Source: a virus
Length of the DNA stretch: 64,000 nt
IMG/VR virus record: IMGVR_UViG_3300026484_000110
Strand: one strand, 5' to 3'
Both the position numbers and the translations under genes were made by a program. Position 1 is the stretch's first letter; the number at the start of each line of letters is the position of its first letter. The notes under the pieces were generated by a model. The model saw only the letters and a list, made by a program, of their open reading frames with translations, searched no databases and was not told where the DNA came from. This document shows positions 57,832 through 64,000 of this stretch, one piece after another.

Positions 57832-58587
57832 ATGGTACTTAAAGAAATTAATGATATTCTTGGATTTGATAATATATACGGGGTTAAAAATTTGTTAGCG
57901 TATGAAAATATGTTGTTAGGTAAAAATGAATATTGTCTTGCGAATATTAATCTTATTAATATTAAACCTATATCTAAAATAGATGACAAAAAATCAGAAT
58001 TAATGATTAAACCTAGTGAGTATTTAAAAATTGGCGGAATGTTGCCTGAAATTAAAAGCGATCTTGATCCAGCTGTAAAAGAGTTTGTGAATGCACAACT
58101 AACAAATGAGTGTAATAGGAAGTTAAAAAGCATGATAGGCGAAGTAGAGATTGATGACTACAGTATAGATAGACAGGATATAATTGTAGCTGCCAGAACA
58201 GATGAAAGATATCTAAAATTCATAGAACTCTTTGATAACTTTACTGACAAAGAATCTGAGATAGACGATATCGATTCTATAGATGGTTACAAAGTAGAAG
58301 GTCTAAAGGCAGCAGGATGGACTACACCGGCGTATGGCGTATTAGTAGAACAGGATATGATACCTAAAAACACAGATTTGGAAAAAGGTAAAGCTTATAG
58401 ATTAACTAGTAATAGAAAACTCTATAAGCTGTTGAAACCTAAAATAGAAGAAAATGCAAACTATGAAATTCTAGTATTCACAGATCATGATAACATTTAT
58501 ACAATTATGATGTCCGTTTATGGTTATCCTACTATAAGAAAAATAAATCCAGGAAATTATTTTAGGTGGTCTATAGGGAACGAATAA
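57832..58587 (+). CDS. hypothetical protein (251 aa)
   Basis: AAGGAG RBS. Confidence 0.75.
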   Translation: MVLKEINDILGFDNIYGVKNLLAYENMLLGKNEYCLANINLINIKPISKIDDKKSELMIKPSEYLKIGGMLPEIKSDLDPAVKEFVNAQLTNECNRKLKSMIGEVEIDDYSIDRQDIIVAARTDERYLKFIELFDNFTDKESEIDDIDSIDGYKVEGLKAAGWTTPAYGVLVEQDMIPKNTDLEKGKAYRLTSNRKLYKLLKPKIEENANYEILVFTDHDNIYTIMMSVYGYPTIRKINPGNYFRWSIGNE

Positions 58588-58598
58588 TTCCCTATAGA
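58570..58598. terminator. bidirectional terminator
   Basis: TCTATAGGGAA/TTCCCTATAGA. Confidence 0.75.
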
Positions 58599-58610
58599 TT
58601 TATTTTTTTT

Positions 58611-59420
58611 CTATATAACTGGATTTATACTACTTTTTATAAATCTGCTATAACTTTCAGTGTCATTCATAAATGCTATCTTTCTCCAAACAGTATTAAG
58701 AAACTCTCTATATTCGTCCCACTTGTCCGAATAACTCTCTACAATTTCTGTTAATTTATTTAATTCATGTCCTCCATAAATTAGACCTTTATCTAATTCA
58801 GTTACTAAATCAGTGTAAATATATCCCTGTGTAGCTAATAAACACAATCTACTAAATTGTGGATATACTCTAGGATTTAAATCTCTCATATCTTCTTGAT
58901 ATTCTAGTTTTACTCTTAAATATCCTCCAATATTTGTAAATAAAGATTCATGTACTAATATAGTGTTTGGTCCTATTAATTCCAAATTACTAGTAGTAAA
59001 TCCTCCTACATTTGTGTCTATACCATCCATAGCACGTTCTACTAATTTTAAACCTGGATTACCGTATAAACCGTATCCTAGATAAGTAGGATTATAAACA
59101 CTATAAGTTAGCGATAATGCTGAAATTATATTTCTATTATCTCTTAACTCAGGTGGAATATAAATTACTAAATAATTACCAGTTGGATTATACGGTATTA
59201 ATTCTTGATAGCACTTATCTACAGGTATTGTAACAGTAGTACCACCTACTAAACTAGCATCTACTAAGACTTTAGGTTTTATTACTAGTGTTTCTATTTG
59301 TTGTTCAACGGTAGGTCTAATTACGTTAGTCTGGTTTATCTTTCTTAAAAAAGCTAATTCTAATATTTGCATAGGTATTTCAAAAATTATATCTTGTATT
59401 GCTTTTTGAATTGGTATCAT
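58611..59420 (-). CDS. probable conserved phiKZ-like virion protein (269 aa)
   Basis: PIQKAI..I..EIP.QILELAF start; C-terminal YREFL...W.KIAFMND. Confidence 0.6.
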   Translation of the reverse strand: MIPIQKAIQDIIFEIPMQILELAFLRKINQTNVIRPTVEQQIETLVIKPKVLVDASLVGGTTVTIPVDKCYQELIPYNPTGNYLVIYIPPELRDNRNIISALSLTYSVYNPTYLGYGLYGNPGLKLVERAMDGIDTNVGGFTTSNLELIGPNTILVHESLFTNIGGYLRVKLEYQEDMRDLNPRVYPQFSRLCLLATQGYIYTDLVTELDKGLIYGGHELNKLTEIVESYSDKWDEYREFLNTVWRKIAFMNDTESYSRFIKSSINPVI

Positions 59421-60484
59421 TTTGTCTCCTTTAATAAGTTATTTAATTCTATTTCTAATATTAATTCAATCTCATCGTCAGGTACTCTACTAATAATATT
59501 AGAATTAATAGCATTCCTTAATTCTAATTTCAAATAGCTTATCCATTTATTATTTATTCTTTTTGCATCCTTACTAAGTGATAATAGTTTTTTAATTATA
59601 TCTATTCTGGAATACCATAAAATCCATTTATTATTACTAGACCAAAATGTATTGTTAAATTTTAATACTTCCAAAACGTTACTTTCTATTAACGGGATAG
59701 AAAATAAATAGTCTTCATATTTTTCTTTTTTAAAACTAAATATTCTATCTACCAATTTTTCATATTCTCTATCTAACTTATCTGTAAAATCGGGTATATC
59801 AATAGGTATTTTACTAATATTAGGATCCTTTTCCATATTTAAAATATATCTGTTAATTAGCGAATAATTGGTAATTGATTTAATCGTATTAGGTATTACT
59901 ATTGTCGCTACAAATCTAGCTATATCTGTATCATTATCTAACATATACTGTTCTCTTAGCCAGTAATAGAACTGAATACCTAATGCTACAACATCTATTT
60001 CATAAATAGCAGTGGTAAAATCTTTAATAGTTGTTTTAGAATTTTGTGGATAAAAAGGACCTATTTCTGTTAGATTATGATATACACATTTTACGGTACT
60101 TATATCTTTATAATTATTATATGTAATATCATCTATATCTATTTCCATAGATATATAAAATTCTTTAGTATTGTTTAATATGGTATTTTTAAATACTTTA
60201 GACTTCGATATATCACTAGCTATTCCAAAATGTTTTAAAAGATAATCTTCATTGGTCTGTAAATCAAAGATAATATCTTCTATACTAGAATTTACCTTTA
60301 CAGGCAAACTGTTTATCAAGTCTACTAGCTTATTTGGTCTGTTGACATATATATGTGTATTGTTATAGTAATTAATTACTACATCTATATATTTATTAAA
60401 TTTATCCAAATAGTTTTCTAATTTTAAATTAGTCAATATTGGTCTAGCAGTGGTAATATTTGTTGTAAATAATCTTAACATCAT
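59417..60484 (-). CDS. probable conserved phiKZ-like protein (355 aa)
   Basis: Long ORF coupled to the downstream gene. Confidence 0.55.
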   Translation of the reverse strand: MMLRLFTTNITTARPILTNLKLENYLDKFNKYIDVVINYYNNTHIYVNRPNKLVDLINSLPVKVNSSIEDIIFDLQTNEDYLLKHFGIASDISKSKVFKNTILNNTKEFYISMEIDIDDITYNNYKDISTVKCVYHNLTEIGPFYPQNSKTTIKDFTTAIYEIDVVALGIQFYYWLREQYMLDNDTDIARFVATIVIPNTIKSITNYSLINRYILNMEKDPNISKIPIDIPDFTDKLDREYEKLVDRIFSFKKEKYEDYLFSIPLIESNVLEVLKFNNTFWSSNNKWILWYSRIDIIKKLLSLSKDAKRINNKWISYLKLELRNAINSNIISRVPDDEIELILEIELNNLLKETK

Positions 60485-60544
60485 CTATCCTTATAATTTA
60501 CTTTTTCATTCCATTCCGATTATTGGATCAAAGTTTTTTTATTA

Positions 60545-60750
60545 CTATATTATTGATATGATAGATGTTAAGTCTATCATGCTGAGTCATAATTGACTCA
60601 GCGGTATATGGTAGTATATACCGAATTGATGAATTTCAAATTTTTTTCGGTATATATTATTTAGTTGGCACAGAGTAAAAAACTGTGCCGGTGTGTTAAA
60701 GGTTATTGACGCCTAAGTTGTAAAAAATCTCTTAGTAAGGTAAGAGATTT
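60545..60750 (+). promoter_or_regulatory. chmA leader: two tandem early promoters, each followed by hairpins
   Basis: CTATATTATTGA 60545 and TATATATTATTTA 60651; stems ATGATAGA/TCTATCAT, GCTGAGTCA/TGACTCAGC, CGGTATA/TATACCG, GGCACAG/CTGTGCC, AAATCTCTTA/TAAGAGATTT. Confidence 0.65.
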
Positions 60751-60789
60751 CAGATCTGAAATCTAGAAAAATATTTAAAGGAGTACGAA

Positions 60790-62604
60790 ATGGCTTTAAA
60801 AGACAAAACTAAAGCAACCATAGAAGAAAAAGTAGAAAAAGTATTTGGTGGTACTGATACTGGAAGTACTACTAGTGGAGCTACAGGTGGAACAATGGGA
60901 TTCGATGATGACTTTATACCTGGACTATTCAAAACTACTACAAGTGGTAGTGAATATGTAAACAAATTTACAGAGAAAGCTAAAGAGCTTTTCAAAGAAC
61001 CAGCTAGAGTAGCAGGTAATGAAATCCAGACTAGAATCTTTAAACTAGATAACAATGATTTTATGGATTTACCATATTCATATGTTATTCTCGCGTCAAA
61101 ATCAGCTGCAAGCAGTGCGGTATATTACCATGTAATACTACTTGAAGCTACTGGTAGAAAACCAGTACAAGTTAGTCATATATTAGAAGAAATTAAATTC
61201 AAAAACAGTACATTAATTTATGTAGCTGCTGATACATTTGCAGATCCAATGTTAAGACAATTGGTAAATAAAGTAATTGTAGACGCATATGGTGTAACAG
61301 AAAAAGACTTAAGACCAACTGAAGGTCTAGTAGTGCCATATGACCAAGATCCAGAAACCGTAGCAGTTCCAGCAGCTGTAATTGCATATAATGCAAATGT
61401 AGCTAAACTAGGACTTGAACAAGGAATTATTAAACCAATTAATTTACCTAACTATGTTCAAAACCTAAGAAGTAAAAACGGTTATTTACAACTAGATGTA
61501 GCTATTAATAATGGTGTTACAATCAATGCTGTTGGTAAACCAATCAGAGCTGATTTTGAATTAGACCTATATAAAGTTACAAATGTAAACGTACAAGGCA
61601 TTATGCCAAGAGACACTAGAAAGAGAACATCTACAGTAGTAGGTTATATGGAGTATCTACCTGAAGATGTAGCAGTAGCACCAGGAGTTACTAAAAAGAT
61701 GTTTACACCAATGATTATCCTAGACGAGTTCCATGCTAGTAGACCAACTAGTGAAATGACTTTACTAAGTATAATCAACAGTGCAACATTCAGTAACCCG
61801 AGTATGTTATTAAGATTATTGACTGGTGTTAATAGAGATTTAGGTGTATTGAATGTACTAGCGAATATGGACCAAGACAAATCTGGTTATGGTAAGAAAA
61901 TTAAACTAAAAGATGGTAAACTAACAGATGATAAAGTTTATCAAATTCTAACTAACATGGTACAATTCCAACCAATTGTTGCTATTGAAATTGAAAACTT
62001 TGGTCCTAACTTTGGAACACTCGCGCCATTTGCTGCGTTGGCCGTACCAGGTGTAGCCGCTAAAGCAAATGATGAAATTGTTAAAACAGCAGAGTTACTA
62101 TTAGGACAACAAATTCAAAACAGACAAGTAGCAGCAAATGATGGTATTGTAGTACCAGTTGGTGAATGGGTAGATAATACAGGTACAAAAAGAGATATTA
62201 GGGAAATCGATTTAGCATTTGTACTAGATAAAACAAATGATATTAATCTAGTATTCAAATGGATTATGAGTAATGTACCTGGTAAAGTAACTGGAATGGA
62301 TCCATATCTGCTTAAACTAGAAGTAATTAATGCGCTAATTCCAAATGCGGTAATTACTGGTAAAGCAGTAAGGATTCCGTTAAACGCAGCATTCGTATCT
62401 GAAATAGTAGAGAAAGCAATGGCTGCAGGTTATAATCCTAAATCTGATATTGGTCAAGTTGGATTTACTAACTACAACAACCTACAAGCAATTGCTGCTG
62501 CATATGGTAATGCAAAAATGCAGAATATCAATTTCGGATATAGTGCTCAGCCACAGCAATACTATACACCTAATGTCGGTATGTTTGGATTCGGAGGATT
62601 CTAA
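60790..62604 (+). CDS. chmA: chimallin, major phage nuclear shell protein
   Basis: 604 aa; LDNN, ILLEAT, GKPIRADF, VVGYMEYL, RDLGVLN, VGEWVDNTGTKRDIREID, ITGKAVRIPLN follow the recalled ChmA pattern; aromatic/Gly C-terminal tail. Confidence 0.85.
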   Translation: MALKDKTKATIEEKVEKVFGGTDTGSTTSGATGGTMGFDDDFIPGLFKTTTSGSEYVNKFTEKAKELFKEPARVAGNEIQTRIFKLDNNDFMDLPYSYVILASKSAASSAVYYHVILLEATGRKPVQVSHILEEIKFKNSTLIYVAADTFADPMLRQLVNKVIVDAYGVTEKDLRPTEGLVVPYDQDPETVAVPAAVIAYNANVAKLGLEQGIIKPINLPNYVQNLRSKNGYLQLDVAINNGVTINAVGKPIRADFELDLYKVTNVNVQGIMPRDTRKRTSTVVGYMEYLPEDVAVAPGVTKKMFTPMIILDEFHASRPTSEMTLLSIINSATFSNPSMLLRLLTGVNRDLGVLNVLANMDQDKSGYGKKIKLKDGKLTDDKVYQILTNMVQFQPIVAIEIENFGPNFGTLAPFAALAVPGVAAKANDEIVKTAELLLGQQIQNRQVAANDGIVVPVGEWVDNTGTKRDIREIDLAFVLDKTNDINLVFKWIMSNVPGKVTGMDPYLLKLEVINALIPNAVITGKAVRIPLNAAFVSEIVEKAMAAGYNPKSDIGQVGFTNYNNLQAIAAAYGNAKMQNINFGYSAQPQQYYTPNVGMFGFGGF

Positions 62605-62663
62605 TCCTCTGGATCTTAAATTTTCTTTTTAAACAAATAAAAAATAAAAAAAAGGAGTTCAAA

Positions 62664-63023
62664 ATGAGTAAACCTACATTTGACGGAGTAGAACCAGTAT
62701 ACGGTGTTTTAATGTTACAACAAGATAGAGGTGAGAGTTCTCCTACTTGTAATGCGAGATTGGAATTTGTAGATACCTACAACAATGCACAAAAATTATT
62801 ACAAGAAGAATACGAAAGAATTAAAAATTTTCTATCTGAATCAGATATTGACATGGATATAGATAAAATAAATGAAGAAAAATTTGTAGTAGCTACTGAT
62901 CAACACGATCCGTTGCTATTTGCTAAGGGTACAATTGTAGTGGCTAATCCTGGTAACATAAGTTATCTAGACAATGATTTAGTCGATTTAGAAGGTTATG
63001 AAGTAAGCACTGATGAAGATTAA
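62664..63023 (+). CDS. acidic hypothetical protein (119 aa)
   Basis: AAGGAG RBS. Confidence 0.75.
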   Translation: MSKPTFDGVEPVYGVLMLQQDRGESSPTCNARLEFVDTYNNAQKLLQEEYERIKNFLSESDIDMDIDKINEEKFVVATDQHDPLLFAKGTIVVANPGNISYLDNDLVDLEGYEVSTDED

Positions 63024-63049
63024 ATTTAAACAAGTAGAAGGAGTCTATC

Positions 63050-63406
63050 ATGCCTATAAAAATAGAAATCAGGGACGAAAATAGAATTCCAGAAAATGTC
63101 TTAAATGTATTAGCTAATAAAGACTTATTTCTTGTCACAAATGTTAGTAGTAATGGCGCCGAGATGTTTGTTGATGATTTTTCAGTAATGTCGAATGATG
63201 AACTTAAAAGGATGATAAAAGCAAAAATAAATCAAAAATATGAAGGTTCTGTGAAGTTTATTTATGAGATAGAACTCAATGGCAGCATTATCTTCACTAT
63301 TGAACATGGAATGTATTCCATAGATAAATATATATGTAAAAGATTTAGTAATATTGAAGATAAAGTTATTCAATTGCAAGATGAGTTGTTTGGAGACTAT
63401 GAATAA
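63050..63406 (+). CDS. hypothetical protein (118 aa)
   Basis: AAGGAG RBS. Confidence 0.75.
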   Translation: MPIKIEIRDENRIPENVLNVLANKDLFLVTNVSSNGAEMFVDDFSVMSNDELKRMIKAKINQKYEGSVKFIYEIELNGSIIFTIEHGMYSIDKYICKRFSNIEDKVIQLQDELFGDYE

Positions 63407-63417
63407 AAGGAGACAAG

Positions 63418-63630
63418 ATGAAAAAATTAAGAGACATTATTGATGATATATTATCTGTGAAAGGTAATATAGAGGCAAACTCTATGTATAAAGAAGCTTC
63501 TATCTTAGAAAAGGCTGTGACTGATTTAGAAGAAATGGAGAATGAATTATATAAAATCTTACATAAAATGGATAAGTATGTAATTCATAGAGGGGATGAA
63601 AGTGAGGAAGTAGAATTAACACTTCCTTAA
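63418..63630 (+). CDS. hypothetical protein (70 aa)
   Basis: AAGGAG RBS. Confidence 0.7.
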   Translation: MKKLRDIIDDILSVKGNIEANSMYKEASILEKAVTDLEEMENELYKILHKMDKYVIHRGDESEEVELTLP

Positions 63631-63702
63631 CTCTTTTTCTTTTTTCTTTAAAGATATAATGTAATAATCTGAATATTAACAAGATATATTAAGGAGAATA
63701 GC

Positions 63703-64000
63703 ATGTTAAATGTATATGATGGTACATTAGGCGAATCTATAAATACAGATAAAATAATAAAATCTTTAAATACGTATTTAATTAATAATAACGAACCTTT
63801 AAATTATGAAGTAAAAGAAGATAAAGCTAGGGTAGTTATAATTACTGGTAAAAATGAACAAGAAAAAGATTTACCAGAATTTCAACATCCAATAATTTTT
63901 GAAGACCATAAACATAGAACTACTATTGCTGTAGATATGAGATTGTATATGAGACAAAATCTAGACGATATGATAAATGTTACTGATTATCTAGCTGATA
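63703..64000 (+). CDS. protein truncated by the window edge, probably a conserved phiKZ-like gene
   Basis: AAGGAG RBS; open to window end; LPEFQHP..AVDMRLY. Confidence 0.6.
   Translation, partial: MLNVYDGTLGESINTDKIIKSLNTYLINNNEPLNYEVKEDKARVVIITGKNEQEKDLPEFQHPIIFEDHKHRTTIAVDMRLYMRQNLDDMINVTDYLAD

Noticed and set aside
60790-62604. Major capsid protein
   Set aside because: Motifs and early promoters fit chimallin; no major capsid gene was recognised in this window.
1578-63682. Many 60-180 aa ORFs antisense to long genes
   Set aside because: Shadow ORFs produced by codon bias; no RBS or motifs.
1-64000. Alternative genetic code (stop-codon reassignment)
   Set aside because: Conserved genes are intact under code 11 and TAA, TAG and TGA all end genes; the main interruptions are explained by introns.

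Overview
AT-rich 64-kb segment of a nucleus-forming jumbo phage (phiKZ-like/chimallivirus). It encodes chimallin (ChmA), tubulin PhuZ, terminase large subunit, portal, tail sheath and tube, UvsX, a RecJ-like exonuclease, two virion RNA polymerase beta pieces and the non-virion RNAP beta' N subunit, plus many early hypothetical genes behind a TATATATTA(C/T)T promoter motif. Three group I introns can be placed to the nucleotide. The main finding is that the catalytic NGDFDGD motif of the nvRNAP beta' gene is cut into three exons (NGD | FDG | DEMN) by two related group I introns separated by a 9-nt micro-exon. The first intron carries an HNH homing endonuclease looped out of a long-range P1. Other leads: a HEXXH-peptidase/kinase-like fusion head protein, a 1.6-kb inverted-repeat array beside terL, structured leaders sharing a 20-nt motif, a Q-rich prion-like early protein, two KH-domain proteins and a rearranged core gene order. 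No tRNA or CRISPR array was seen. All protein family calls are motif recognition from memory, not database searches.
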